In this document: positions 18,197 to 27,415 of the stretch, piece by piece
Layout: the number at the start of each line of letters is the position of its first letter
Numbering within the stretch: the stretch's first letter is position 1
Assembly: GCA_009779495.1 (NCBI GenBank)
Contig: WRED01000003.1
Coordinates: 8,459-72,458, forward strand
Source of the DNA: Oscillospiraceae bacterium
GTDB lineage: Bacteria; Bacillota; Clostridia; Oscillospirales; Acutalibacteraceae
Length of the DNA: 64,000 nucleotides
Reading direction: 5' to 3'
The notes under the pieces: generated by a model
The model's input: only the letters and a program-made list of their open reading frames with translations
Databases searched by the model: none
Told to the model about the DNA's origin: nothing
Position numbers and translations under genes: made by a program

Positions 18197-19861
18197 TTAA
18201 TTGTTTGCTGTCAGGCATGAAAGCGCCGCGTTGATTCTTTCACGCACCCTGTCTTTGCCCAGCAGCGCCATAATCGCGTGCAGGTCGGGCGTATTTCGCC
18301 GGGACGTCGCCGCTATGCGTATGACCGATGAAACGTCGCCGATATGCCCCTTGAACTTTTCCGGGCTTTGCTTATATTCCTTGACGTTCGGCGTATAGCC
18401 AAGCGGCCCGCAGAGGTCCTTGATTTTCTGAAACCATGTGTCCTTATCGTCAGACGCGTCATACGCGTCGAGATAGGCTTTCAGGATCGCGGCAGCCCCG
18501 TCCGGGTTTATATTTTCCGGCAGAGCTATATTAGGCGTGTACAGCGCGTCATAGAGGTACGCGGCGTAGTCCCTGACCTCCGACCATTTCGCGATGTCCT
18601 TGCGCGGCTTGTCCCCGCCACGTTCAATGGAAAACACGGCTTTCGCGAAACCGGGATCAGCCGTTAAAATATTGTAAAGCTCAGGATCATACTCCCTCGC
18701 CCATTCTGACGCGCCGCTGTAAACCTCGTCGGCTGTCATCAGCGATATCACGTTTTTGCTGACGTCGCACAGCTTCACAAGGTCGAATAAAGCGCCGCTT
18801 TGGCTCATCTTTTTGAAGCTGAACGGGAATTCAAAGCGGTCTGCCCGCGGGTTCGCCCTGCGCCAGTCCTCGAAGTTCGAGTTGATCAGCGTCATGAGAT
18901 AGTCCAGCACACTTTCAGCCGGGTAGCCCTCTTTTGCGAAATAGCTTACCGCCGCCTCGGGGTCCTTGCGCTTTGAGAGCTTTCTCTTGCCGCCGGCGTC
19001 CTCTTTCATAACGGGAGCCACGTGGGCATACTTCGGCAACTTGAATCCGCACGCCTTAAACAGCGCGATATGCACCGACACCGACGCGAGCCACTCGTCG
19101 CCCCGGATCACCGTCGTCACGCGCATGAAATGGTCGTCACAGGCATGGGCGAAGTGGTAGGTGGGTATGCCGTCAGCCTTGAGCAAAACCACGTCCATGG
19201 TGTTTTCCGGCATCTCTATTTTGCCCTTGATCAGATCGTCCAGCACGATACGCTTATTTTCGTCGCCGCCGGAGCGAAGCCGCAGAACCCAGCTCTGCCC
19301 GGCGTTCACTTTTTGCTCAATTTCCTCATATGTCAGCTCGCGGCATTTCGCCCACGGGCCGAAATAGCCCTTGACCTGAGCGCCCGCCCGCTCCTGCTCG
19401 TCACGCATAGCGGAAAGCTCCTCCTCAGAGCAAAAGCACGGGTATGCCTGTCCGTTTTGCACGAGCCGCTTGGCCATCGCCTGATATACCTCCGCCCGCT
19501 CGCTTTGCGTATACGGCGCGTACAGCCCCTTCTCCGTCCCGAAGCCGGTCACGCCCTCCTGGAAGGACAGCCCGAACGCCGCGAAGCCGTTTATGATGGC
19601 CGATACGCCGTCCTCGACCTCGCGCTTTTTGTCCGTGTCCTCTATGCGCAAAAAGCACAAACCGCCCGAAGACCTAGCCGCCAGGATATCCACAAACGCG
19701 GTGAACAGGTTTCCCAGATGCATAAATCCCGTAGGGCTTGGCGGGAAGCGCGTGGCCTTCGCGCCCTCGGGCAGATCCCGGGGCGGGTATTTTTCCTCCA
19801 GCTCCTCCAAGGTCAAATGGACATGGGGAAAGAGCAAAGAAGCCAGATCGTCGTTGTTCAT
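18197..19861 (-). CDS. gltX: glutamate--tRNA ligase (long GluRS-type class I enzyme)
   Basis: RFPPSPTGFMHLGN (HIGH region), LRIEDTDKKR and KLSKRK (KMSKS). Confidence 0.85.
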   Translation of the reverse strand: MNNDDLASLLFPHVHLTLEELEEKYPPRDLPEGAKATRFPPSPTGFMHLGNLFTAFVDILAARSSGGLCFLRIEDTDKKREVEDGVSAIINGFAAFGLSFQEGVTGFGTEKGLYAPYTQSERAEVYQAMAKRLVQNGQAYPCFCSEEELSAMRDEQERAGAQVKGYFGPWAKCRELTYEEIEQKVNAGQSWVLRLRSGGDENKRIVLDDLIKGKIEMPENTMDVVLLKADGIPTYHFAHACDDHFMRVTTVIRGDEWLASVSVHIALFKACGFKLPKYAHVAPVMKEDAGGKRKLSKRKDPEAAVSYFAKEGYPAESVLDYLMTLINSNFEDWRRANPRADRFEFPFSFKKMSQSGALFDLVKLCDVSKNVISLMTADEVYSGASEWAREYDPELYNILTADPGFAKAVFSIERGGDKPRKDIAKWSEVRDYAAYLYDALYTPNIALPENINPDGAAAILKAYLDAYDASDDKDTWFQKIKDLCGPLGYTPNVKEYKQSPEKFKGHIGDVSSVIRIAATSRRNTPDLHAIMALLGKDRVRERINAALSCLTANN

Positions 19862-19915
19862 AATAAAATATCCTCATTTCCGTAATCGGATTAACACACA
19901 AGAGGTCTATTATCT

Positions 19916-19944
19916 ATTATCGCAGAAAAACTTCCCGGTATCAA
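19916..19944 (-). promoter_or_regulatory. putative sigma-A-type promoter of gltX
   Basis: On the sense strand, TTGATA (19944-19939), a 17-nt spacer, then GATAAT (19921-19916), about 55 nt upstream of the ATG. Confidence 0.45.
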
Positions 19945-19986
19945 GAAGTTTTTTTGAATTTTATATAAATTTTTTTGAACGCACCC

Positions 19987-20999
19987 CTAATTCCCGACTC
20001 CCAATTCCCCGTAAGTTTCCGGCCGCCTGTATTTATCCCCCCAGACCTCCCTTGCGCGGTAATCGCGCAGCCTGTCCATCGGGAACGCCGCGAGATATAT
20101 CCCCTCCGCCTCGCCCGCCTCGATCACCATCGTGTCCCGGGACTCAAACGTGCCGGGGCGTATCTCCCCGTAAGCCATGCCGTCGTAAGCGGAGGAATGG
20201 CCGTTGCAGTCACGCTGGCCATAGGCGTAGTTCGCCGTCGCGATCCCGAGCATGTTCTCATACGCCCGCGCCCGAAGCTGCGTAAGAACCTGTTTAGCAT
20301 CTCACCGTGAGCAAAACTTTGAGTAAAATCAGGTGAGATGCAAGGAAAAAAGCGCAGAAATAATTTGTTTATTTCGAGCATTTTTGACGCAGCAGATTGC
20401 CTAATTTTACCAGAGGTTTGCCACGTGGGAGATGCTAAACAGGTTCTATGTCGGTTGATTTCCATGGGACAGGCGTTGGGCACAAGGATGATCTCCGCGC
20501 CCTTGAGCATGAGTATCCTCGCGCTTTCCGGGAACTCGCGGTCAAAACAGATCATCGCGCCTATCCTCACCGCGCCGCCTTGCGTGTCAAGGTCAGCGAC
20601 ATAAAAATCGCCGCCGGGGGTCAGATTGCCCTCAACGTCAAAGGCGCAGGTGTGGACCTTCGCGTATGTCAGCGCGATGTTCCCGAAGCGGTCAATCACC
20701 GTCACGGTGTTCCTCGGGTGCGGCTCGTATTTTTCAAGATACGTGACGGCGATGGCCATATCAAGCTCACGCGCGAGATTTTTGTACGCGCCTACGTATT
20801 CGCCGCGCGTATCCACGGCCTTGGCGTTCCACCCGCCGGAATCGCCGGACAGGTCATAGCCGACGTTCCACATCTCAGGGAAAAGCGCGAGGTCAGCGCC
20901 CATCGCCTTTGCGCGGCGGCACCAGTCGATCCCCTTTTGCAGGTTTTCGGCCTGCGTCGGGCAGGAAATCATTTGAAGCAACGCCACACAGAATGTCAT
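19987..20999 (-). pseudogene. carbon-nitrogen hydrolase (nitrilase superfamily) gene disrupted by a MITE-like insertion
   Basis: The N-terminal part (20999-20447) carries the E-K-C triad contexts LALFPEMW, YAKVH and GAMICFDREFPE. The C-terminal part (20285-19987: TQLRARAYENMLGIATANYAYGQRDCNGHS...) continues in another frame. Removing the insert gives a continuous 283-codon ORF. Confidence 0.8.
20286..20446. mobile_element. MITE-like non-autonomous element (161 bp; or 162 bp plus a TA duplication)
   Basis: Perfect 18-bp terminal inverted repeats GAACCTGTTTAGCATCTC / GAGATGCTAAACAGGTTC, with no coding capacity. An internal 10-bp hairpin GCATCTCACC/GGTGAGATGC is present. The flanks can be read as TA-[element]-TA. 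Confidence 0.7.
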
Positions 21000-21013
21000 G
21001 TTTCTTTCCTCCC

Positions 21014-21047
21014 GTAAAAACACAAGGGACGGCGTGGAAGCCGTCCC
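21014..21047 (-). terminator. intrinsic terminator after serA
   Basis: Sense strand reads GGGACGGC-TTCCAC-GCCGTCCC followed by TTGTGTTTTTAC. Confidence 0.75.
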
Positions 21048-21083
21048 TGCGCTATGGCGGCGCAGCGCGTTGCTCCGCCGCCC

Positions 21084-22199
21084 CTAATTCCTGAGCGTTC
21101 TCACTCTCACAACCCCGTCAATCGCCATAAGCGCGCCGACGTCCGCCTCTTTGTCCGCCACGGTGTATCCGAAGCCGCCGCGTGCGCCGCTGAACGTAAC
21201 CTCGCCCAAAGCCGCTTTCACCGTTTCGGCCGCGCTTTCCCTGTGCAGTACGCAAGTCCTGCTTGTAAAGTCCGCCGGCAGCTCCGCATCCGGGAAGTTC
21301 ACTGCGTTTTTGATAGCGCCCGTCTCAAGATACAGCATAAGCTGGTCGGCCGCCATGACGGCGCAGTTGTCCTCGCTTTCCGGGGTCGAGGCGCCTAAAT
21401 GCGGCATAGCGATAACGCCGTCCGCCCCCAGCTGCTCGTCCGTCGGGAAATCCGTCACATAAGCCGAAAGCTTGCCGCTTTTCAGCGCGCCGAGTATGTC
21501 ACTGGACACGGCAAGATCGCCGCGGGCCAGGTTGATGATCCTCGCGCCGTCTTTCATCACGGCGATGGAATCACGGTTGACCATACCCTTTGTGTCGGCT
21601 GTAGCTGGCGCGTGAAGCGTCATGTAGTCAGCTGACTCAAACACCTCCATTGCGCTGCCGACAACTTTCACGGCCTGCGGCAAGCCTTTCACTGGGAAAG
21701 GATCGAAGCCGACAACGTCCATGCCCATGGCCAGAGCCTTTTCCGCGACGAGCCGCCCTATCGCGCCAAGCCCGACGATGCCCAAGGTCTTGCCCTTGAT
21801 CTCCGGGCCGGTAAAAGCGCCTTTACCCTTTTCCACGGCCTTGCCGACATCGCCCTGCCCCTTGAGGGTGTTGCACCACGCAATGCCCTCCGCGATCTTC
21901 CGTGAGGAAAGCAGCAGCGCGCAGATCACAAGCTCCGCAACGCCGTTCGCGTTCGCGCCCGGCGTGTTGAACACCACGACGCCCTGTTCCGCGCAGGCGT
22001 CAACAGGGATATTGTTCGTCCCCGCGCCGCACCGGGCGATGGCGGCCGTATTCGGGTCCAAAGCGGTTTCGTGCATCGGCGCGGAACGGACCATGATCGC
22101 GTCGGGCGCGTTCACGCCGTTGCCGTACGCGTATTTGCCGCTGCCGAACCTCTCAAGCCCAAGAGGTGAAATTTTATTTAATGTTTGAATGTTGTACAT
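21084..22199 (-). CDS. serA: D-3-phosphoglycerate dehydrogenase
   Basis: 2-hydroxyacid dehydrogenase fold with GIVGLGAIGRLVA NAD-binding motif, immediately downstream of serC. The true start is the ATG at 22199 (MYNIQTLNK). The ORF-track N-terminal extension is a translation of the class B repeat. Confidence 0.85.
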   Translation of the reverse strand: MYNIQTLNKISPLGLERFGSGKYAYGNGVNAPDAIMVRSAPMHETALDPNTAAIARCGAGTNNIPVDACAEQGVVVFNTPGANANGVAELVICALLLSSRKIAEGIAWCNTLKGQGDVGKAVEKGKGAFTGPEIKGKTLGIVGLGAIGRLVAEKALAMGMDVVGFDPFPVKGLPQAVKVVGSAMEVFESADYMTLHAPATADTKGMVNRDSIAVMKDGARIINLARGDLAVSSDILGALKSGKLSAYVTDFPTDEQLGADGVIAMPHLGASTPESEDNCAVMAADQLMLYLETGAIKNAVNFPDAELPADFTSRTCVLHRESAAETVKAALGEVTFSGARGGFGYTVADKEADVGALMAIDGVVRVRTLRN

Positions 22200-22203
22200 A
22201 GTT

Positions 22204-22301
22204 ATAATCCATCCTTTTAAAGTTTTTTGCGGAGAGTTTCTCAAAACTCTCTTGCATAACAACTTACGGTTTGAAAAATAGCCGGGCGTAATTTTTCAAA
22301 C
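22204..22301 (-). repeat. class B 5'-leader/RBS repeat module, copy B (upstream of serA)
   Basis: Sense strand reads GTTTGAAAAATTACGCCCGGCTATTTTTCAAACCGTAAGTTGTTATGCAAGAGAGTTTTGAGAAACTCTCCGCAAAAAACTTTAAAAGGATGGATTATAACT-ATG. Confidence 0.75.
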
Positions 22302-22338
22302 TTTTCCGCCTTTCTGTCTGTATTTGCGCGTTTGAGTA

Positions 22339-23421
22339 TTACGAATGCTTCTTCTCAAAATCGGCCATGAACTCCACCAGCGCCGCAACGCCCTCGGCCG
22401 GCATGGCGTTATAGATCGACGCTCTCATGCCGCCGACAGAGCGGTGCCCTTTCAGGTTTACAAACCCGGCGGCCTCGGCCTCTTTCACGAACTTCTTGTC
22501 AAGCTCCTCGCCGCTCGACACAAACGTCACGTTCATGACGGAACGGTCGCGGGGCAGGACGGGATTTTTAAACATGGCGCTTTGGTCCAGATAGTCGTAC
22601 AGGAGCTTCGCCTTCCTGACATTGCGCTCCCTCATGGCCGGGAGGCCGCCGATGGTCTTGAGCCACTCAAGCACAAGCTTGCACATGTAGATCGACCAGC
22701 ACGGCGGCGTGTTGTACATGGAATCGTTTTCCGCCATTGTCTTATAGTTCAGCATCGTCGGCGTATCCTCCCGCGCGTTCCCAAGCAGATCCTCGCGGAT
22801 GATCGCGACGGTCAGGCCCGCGGGGGCGACATTCTTCTGCGCGCCGCCGTAAACCATGCCGAACTTGGACACGTCCATCGGCTCGGACAAAAAGCTCGAC
22901 GAAATATCGGCGATAAGCGGCACATCGCCCGTGTCAGGCAGCTCGGAAAAGCGCGTGCCGTAGATCGTATTGTTATGGCAGATATAAAAATAGTCGGCGT
23001 CGGGCGTAAAATTCTCTTTGTTCAGATCGGGGATGCGCGAGAAGTTGTCCTCCTTCGACGACGCAACGACCCTCACATCGCCGTACATCTTCGCCTCCTG
23101 ATACGCCTTTGTGGAAAACTGGCCGCTTAACACATAGTCGGCCTTTTTTGAGCCGTTCATGAAGTTCAGCGGGACAGCTGCGAACTGGGTGGACGCGCCC
23201 CCCTGCAAAAACAGCACCCTGTAGTTATCGGGGATCTCCATAAGCTCGCAAAACAGCTCGCGCGCCCCGAAAATAATGTCCTCGTACACCTTTGAGCGGT
23301 GGGACATCTCCATGACCGACTGGCCGCTGCCCTTGTAATCGAGCATCTCCTCAGCCGCGCGGTTCAGCACGGACTCCGGCAGCATCGACGGACCTGCCGA
23401 AAAATTGTAGACTCTTGACAT
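22339..23421 (-). CDS. serC: phosphoserine aminotransferase
   Basis: MSRVYNFSAGPSMLPESVL N-terminus and class V aminotransferase features over 360 aa. Confidence 0.9.
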   Translation of the reverse strand: MSRVYNFSAGPSMLPESVLNRAAEEMLDYKGSGQSVMEMSHRSKVYEDIIFGARELFCELMEIPDNYRVLFLQGGASTQFAAVPLNFMNGSKKADYVLSGQFSTKAYQEAKMYGDVRVVASSKEDNFSRIPDLNKENFTPDADYFYICHNNTIYGTRFSELPDTGDVPLIADISSSFLSEPMDVSKFGMVYGGAQKNVAPAGLTVAIIREDLLGNAREDTPTMLNYKTMAENDSMYNTPPCWSIYMCKLVLEWLKTIGGLPAMRERNVRKAKLLYDYLDQSAMFKNPVLPRDRSVMNVTFVSSGEELDKKFVKEAEAAGFVNLKGHRSVGGMRASIYNAMPAEGVAALVEFMADFEKKHS

Positions 23422-23444
23422 CTTTCATTGCCTTCCTTTCTTTC

Positions 23445-23529
23445 AGAACCTGTGTTCATATGGATGCGCACGGTATTGGCGGAAAAATCCCTCGCCAATA
23501 CCGCACACCTCCATATGAACAGGGGTTCT
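23445..23529. repeat. 85-nt imperfect long hairpin in the serC 5' region
   Basis: AGAACCTGTGTTCATATGGA...TCCATATGAACAGGGGTTCT, with inner stem CGGTATTGGCG/CGCCAATACCG. It ends 24 nt upstream of the serC ATG. Confidence 0.6.
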
Positions 23530-23678
23530 CACTCAAAAATAAAAAACTTATTTCTATTATATGCCTTTTAAATCGCTAAAGTCAAGAGATGAGAGCTATC
23601 AAAATAACACAAAATCAAATTTTATTAAACAATTATTTATTTATTTTCACGTTTTCTTGATTAAAAAGCAGGAAATTG

Positions 23679-23707
23679 TTGCAAAATTTTTTTAAATGTT
23701 ATACAAT
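23679..23707 (+). promoter_or_regulatory. putative sigma-A-type promoter of the pgk-tpiA-gpmI operon
   Basis: TTGCAA (23679-23684), a 17-nt spacer, then TACAAT (23702-23707), within an AT-rich divergent intergenic region. Confidence 0.5.
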
Positions 23708-23751
23708 ATAATGCAATTTGTGTTTTTACTAAGTCGAAAGGATTGATTAAA

Positions 23752-24939
23752 ATGAGCCTTCTAAACAAAAAAACAGTGGAGGATATCGACGTAAGAGGCA
23801 AGCGCGTACTCGTTCGCTGCGACTTCAACGTGCCGCTCCTGAACGGGCAGATCACCAGCGAAAAGCGCATCGTGGCGTCGCTTCCGACGATCCGGTATCT
23901 GATTGACAACGGAGCGAGAGTCATCCTCTGCTCGCATTTAGGCAGACCCAAGGGGTTTGACCCGGACGTCTCGCTGGCCCCCGTGGGCGAGCGTTTGTCC
24001 GACCTGCTGGGCATTGACGTCAAGATGGCGTCGGACGTCGTGGGCGAGAGCGCGCAAAAGCTCTCGTCGGAGCTGAAAGACGGCGAAGTGATGCTCGTCG
24101 AAAACGTGCGCTTTGAAAGCGGCGAGACGAAAAACGATCCCGAGCTGTCCAAAAAATTCGCGGCGCTTGCCGACGTGTTTGTGAACGACGCGTTCGGCTC
24201 GGCCCACCGCGCCCACTGCTCCACCACCGGCGTGGCCGACTATATCCCGGCGGTCTGCGGCTACCTCATTCAAAAAGAGATAGAGTTCATGGGCGGCGCT
24301 TTGGAAAACCCGAGGCGCCCGATGGTCGCGATTTTAGGCGGCGCGAAAGTGTCTGACAAAATCGGCGTCATCACGAACCTGCTTGACAAGGTCGATACGC
24401 TCATCGTCGGCGGCGGTATGGCCTATACATTTCTGGCTGCCCGGGGACATAACGTCGGCGACTCCATCTGCGAGCATGACAAGAAAGCGCTCGCTTTAGA
24501 TATGCTGAAAGCGGCGGAGGAAAAGAACGTGAAGTTTTTGCTTCCCGTGGATGAAAAGGTAGGGCTTGAATATTCGCCCCACACCGTGGCGAAAGTCGTC
24601 CCCTATGATGGCATTCCCGACGGCTGGATGGGCCTTGACATAGGCCCCGAAACGATGAAGATATTCGCGAAAGCCATTGAGGGCGCGGGCACGGTGATCT
24701 GGAACGGTCCCATGGGGGTTTCGGAGTGGGAGAACTTCGCCCACGGGACAATCGCCGTCGCCAAAGCCGTGGCGGAGTCCGGCGCGGTCACCATCATCGG
24801 CGGCGGCGATTCCGCGGCGGCTGTGCAGAAGCTGGGCTTCGCGGACAAGATGTCGCATATCTCCACGGGCGGCGGGGCTTCGCTTGAGCTGCTGGAGGGG
24901 AAAGTGCTTCCCGGCATAGCGGCTCTAAATGAACGCTAA
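23752..24939 (+). CDS. pgk: phosphoglycerate kinase
   Basis: [13 protein letters not shown] and GGGDSAAAV motifs. ATG at 23752 follows GAAAGGA. Confidence 0.93.
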   Translation: MSLLNKKTVEDIDVRGKRVLVRCDFNVPLLNGQITSEKRIVASLPTIRYLIDNGARVILCSHLGRPKGFDPDVSLAPVGERLSDLLGIDVKMASDVVGESAQKLSSELKDGEVMLVENVRFESGETKNDPELSKKFAALADVFVNDAFGSAHRAHCSTTGVADYIPAVCGYLIQKEIEFMGGALENPRRPMVAILGGAKVSDKIGVITNLLDKVDTLIVGGGMAYTFLAARGHNVGDSICEHDKKALALDMLKAAEEKNVKFLLPVDEKVGLEYSPHTVAKVVPYDGIPDGWMGLDIGPETMKIFAKAIEGAGTVIWNGPMGVSEWENFAHGTIAVAKAVAESGAVTIIGGGDSAAAVQKLGFADKMSHISTGGGASLELLEGKVLPGIAALNER

Positions 24940-24950
24940 AGCGTTCGAGG

Positions 24951-24980
24951 GATTAGGCGTTAGGAGTTAGGGATAAGGGG
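24951..24980 (+). repeat. 7-nt periodic array GATTAGG-CGTTAGG-AGTTAGG-GATAAGG between pgk and tpiA
   Basis: TAG at 24954, 24961 and 24968, an exact 7-nt spacing that puts one stop in each of the three frames. TAA at 24974. Confidence 0.7.
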
Positions 24981-25028
24981 TTGGAGCCGGGATTGTCCCG
25001 CCCCGCCATCATGAAAGGATGCGTTTTA

Positions 25029-25793
25029 ATGAACAAACAGCTAAGAAAACCCGTCATCGCGGGCAACTGGAAAATGAACAAGACGCCGGTTGAAACAACC
25101 GCGCTCATAAACGAGATCAAACCTTTGGTCAAGGACGCGTCCTGCGGCGTGGTCGTGTGCGTGCCGTACATTGACCTGTTCGCCGCGCTGGAGGCGGCGA
25201 AAGGCAGCAATATCAAGGTCGGCGCGGAAAACTGCCACTGGGCGAAAAGCGGCGCGTTCACGGGCGAGGTTTCGGCCGATATGCTCGCGTCTATCGGCGT
25301 ACCCTACGTGATCATCGGGCACAGCGAACGCCGCCAGTATTTCGGCGAAACGGACGTCACCGCGCGTGACCGCGTGAGGGCCGCCCTCGACGCGGGGCTG
25401 ACCGTGATCCTCTGCGTCGGCGAGCTTTTAGAAGAGCGGGAGCAGAACATCACCATGGAGATCATCGGCAAGCAGATCAAAATCGCGCTTGCGGGCGTGA
25501 CTGCCGCAGAGCTTGAGCGGGTGATCATCGCTTATGAGCCGGTCTGGGCCATCGGCACGGGCCTTACGGCGACGGCGGAACAGGCCAACGAGGTCAATAA
25601 GGCCATACGCGGACTCATTGAACAGCTGTATTCCAAGGCCGACGCGGATAGTATCGTCATCCAGTACGGCGGTTCCATGAACGCCCAAAACGCCGCCGAA
25701 CTGCTCGGCCAGCCTGACGTGGACGGCGGGCTGATCGGCGGGGCGTCCTTGAAGGCCGCTGACTTCGCGAAGATTGTCGAAGCGGCCTGTTAG
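25029..25793 (+). CDS. tpiA: triosephosphate isomerase
   Basis: PVIAGNWKMNKT, IIGHSERR and AYEPVWAIGTG motifs. ATG at 25029 follows AAAGGA. Confidence 0.93.
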   Translation: MNKQLRKPVIAGNWKMNKTPVETTALINEIKPLVKDASCGVVVCVPYIDLFAALEAAKGSNIKVGAENCHWAKSGAFTGEVSADMLASIGVPYVIIGHSERRQYFGETDVTARDRVRAALDAGLTVILCVGELLEEREQNITMEIIGKQIKIALAGVTAAELERVIIAYEPVWAIGTGLTATAEQANEVNKAIRGLIEQLYSKADADSIVIQYGGSMNAQNAAELLGQPDVDGGLIGGASLKAADFAKIVEAAC

Positions 25794-25866
25794 AAGCGAG
25801 AAAAAAGTATCAAGACGCGGTTCCGTTAGAGTCCGCGTCTTGAATTGTTATGAAAGGATTGTTTTT

Positions 25867-27387
25867 ATGTCCAGAAAACCTGTGCTTTTATGTATCCTCG
25901 ACGGCTACGCCAATAACCCCGAAGCTTACGGCAACGCCATCAAGGCCGCCAAAACGCCGAACCTTGACCGCATATTCGCCGAAAACCCGGCGACATCTAT
26001 CGGCGCGTCCGGCATGGACGTGGGCCTGCTCGACGGGCAGATGGGCAACAGCGAGGTCGGCCACACGAATATCGGCGCGGGCCGCGTAGTCGTTCAGGAG
26101 CTGACAAGGATCACAAAATCCGTCATTGAGGGCGATTTTTTCACAAACCCCGTGCTTCTGCGGGCAATCGAAAACTGCAAGGAAAACGGCTCGGCCCTCC
26201 ACCTGATGGGGCTTGTGTCCGACGGCGGCGTGCACAGCCACAGCACGCACCTGTACGCCCTGCTTGAGCTTGCGAAGAAACAGGGTCTCGGCAGGGTGTT
26301 CATTCACTGTCTGCTGGACGGGCGCGACGTGCCGCCCATGTCGGGCAAGGAATACATCGCCGATCTGCAATGCAAAATCGACGAAACCGGCGTCGGCCGG
26401 ATCGCCACCGTCATGGGGCGGTACTACGCCATGGACAGGGAAAGGCGCTTTGAGCGCGTGGAAAAGGCGTACCGCGCCATGGTGTACGGCGACGCGCCTG
26501 TGTTCACGGACGCTTGCGACATGATGGCGCTTTCCTACGAAAACGGCGTGACGGATGAATTCGTCGTGCCGTGCCGTGCCGCTGACGCGGAGCCTGTAAA
26601 GGCAAACGACAGCTTCGTCTTCTTCAACTTCCGCCCCGACCGCGCCAGGGAGATCACCCGCGCCTTCGTGGACGACAGCTTTGACGGCTTTGCCCGTGGC
26701 GAAAGGCTGCCGCTTTATTACGTCTGCATGACGCAATACGACGCCGATATGCCCAATGTCGCCGTCGCTTTCGCGCCCCTGGCCGTCATCGACATGCCGC
26801 TTGGAGCGGTTCTGAGCCAAAACGGGCTTCGTCAGCTCAGGATCGCGGAGTACACGAAGTACGCCCACGTGACGTTTTTCCTCAACGGCGGCGAGGAGAC
26901 CGTCTATCCGGGCGAGGACAGGATACTCATCGACTCGCCCGACGTGCCGACCTACGACCTCAAGCCGGAGATGAGCGCCTATGAGGTGACGGACACGATC
27001 GTCGATAAAATCGAAAAGGACATGTACGACGTGATCGTGCTGAACTACGCCAACTGCGACATGGTCGGCCACACGGGCGTGTTCGGCGCGGCTGTCGCGG
27101 CGGTTGAGACCGTGGATACCTGCGTGGGGCGCGTATGGGACGCGGTCTCAGCGAAAGGCGGCGTCATGTTCATCACGGCGGACCACGGCAACGCCGACAA
27201 GATGTATGAGCCGGACGGCTCTCCTTTCACGGCGCACACCACGTTCCCGGTGCCGTTTGTCGTGCTGGGGTATCCGTGCGGGCTGCGGGAGGGCGGCAGG
27301 CTGTGCGATATTTCGCCGACGGTTTTGCGGGTTCTTGGGCTTGCGCAGCCGGAGAGTATGACGGGGGTAAGCCTAATCGCCGAATAA
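25867..27387 (+). CDS. gpmI: 2,3-bisphosphoglycerate-independent phosphoglycerate mutase
   Basis: PVLLCILDGYANNP and MGNSEVGHTNIGAGR motifs. The ORF-track N-terminal extension overlaps the tpiA end and is rejected. Confidence 0.92.
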   Translation: MSRKPVLLCILDGYANNPEAYGNAIKAAKTPNLDRIFAENPATSIGASGMDVGLLDGQMGNSEVGHTNIGAGRVVVQELTRITKSVIEGDFFTNPVLLRAIENCKENGSALHLMGLVSDGGVHSHSTHLYALLELAKKQGLGRVFIHCLLDGRDVPPMSGKEYIADLQCKIDETGVGRIATVMGRYYAMDRERRFERVEKAYRAMVYGDAPVFTDACDMMALSYENGVTDEFVVPCRAADAEPVKANDSFVFFNFRPDRAREITRAFVDDSFDGFARGERLPLYYVCMTQYDADMPNVAVAFAPLAVIDMPLGAVLSQNGLRQLRIAEYTKYAHVTFFLNGGEETVYPGEDRILIDSPDVPTYDLKPEMSAYEVTDTIVDKIEKDMYDVIVLNYANCDMVGHTGVFGAAVAAVETVDTCVGRVWDAVSAKGGVMFITADHGNADKMYEPDGSPFTAHTTFPVPFVVLGYPCGLREGGRLCDISPTVLRVLGLAQPESMTGVSLIAE

Positions 27388-27415
27388 AGCTGCCGTAAAA
27401 AGGGGGGAACCGCAA

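Noticed and set aside
19862-19986. T-box leaders upstream of gltX and leuS, and a leader upstream of glyQS (outside the window).
   Set aside because: The spacers are only about 120 nt. They are occupied by a promoter and hairpin (gltX) or by the class B repeat (leuS). No specifier-loop or T-box consensus sequence was seen.
22200-22262. N-terminal extensions in the ORF track for serA (to 22262), the SulP-like gene (to 40758), the aminopeptidase (to 45754), gpmI (from 25774) and tpiA (from 24981).
   Set aside because: The extensions run through repeat modules, heptad arrays or the end of the preceding gene. Internal start codons with good SD spacing coincide with the conserved N-termini of the families.
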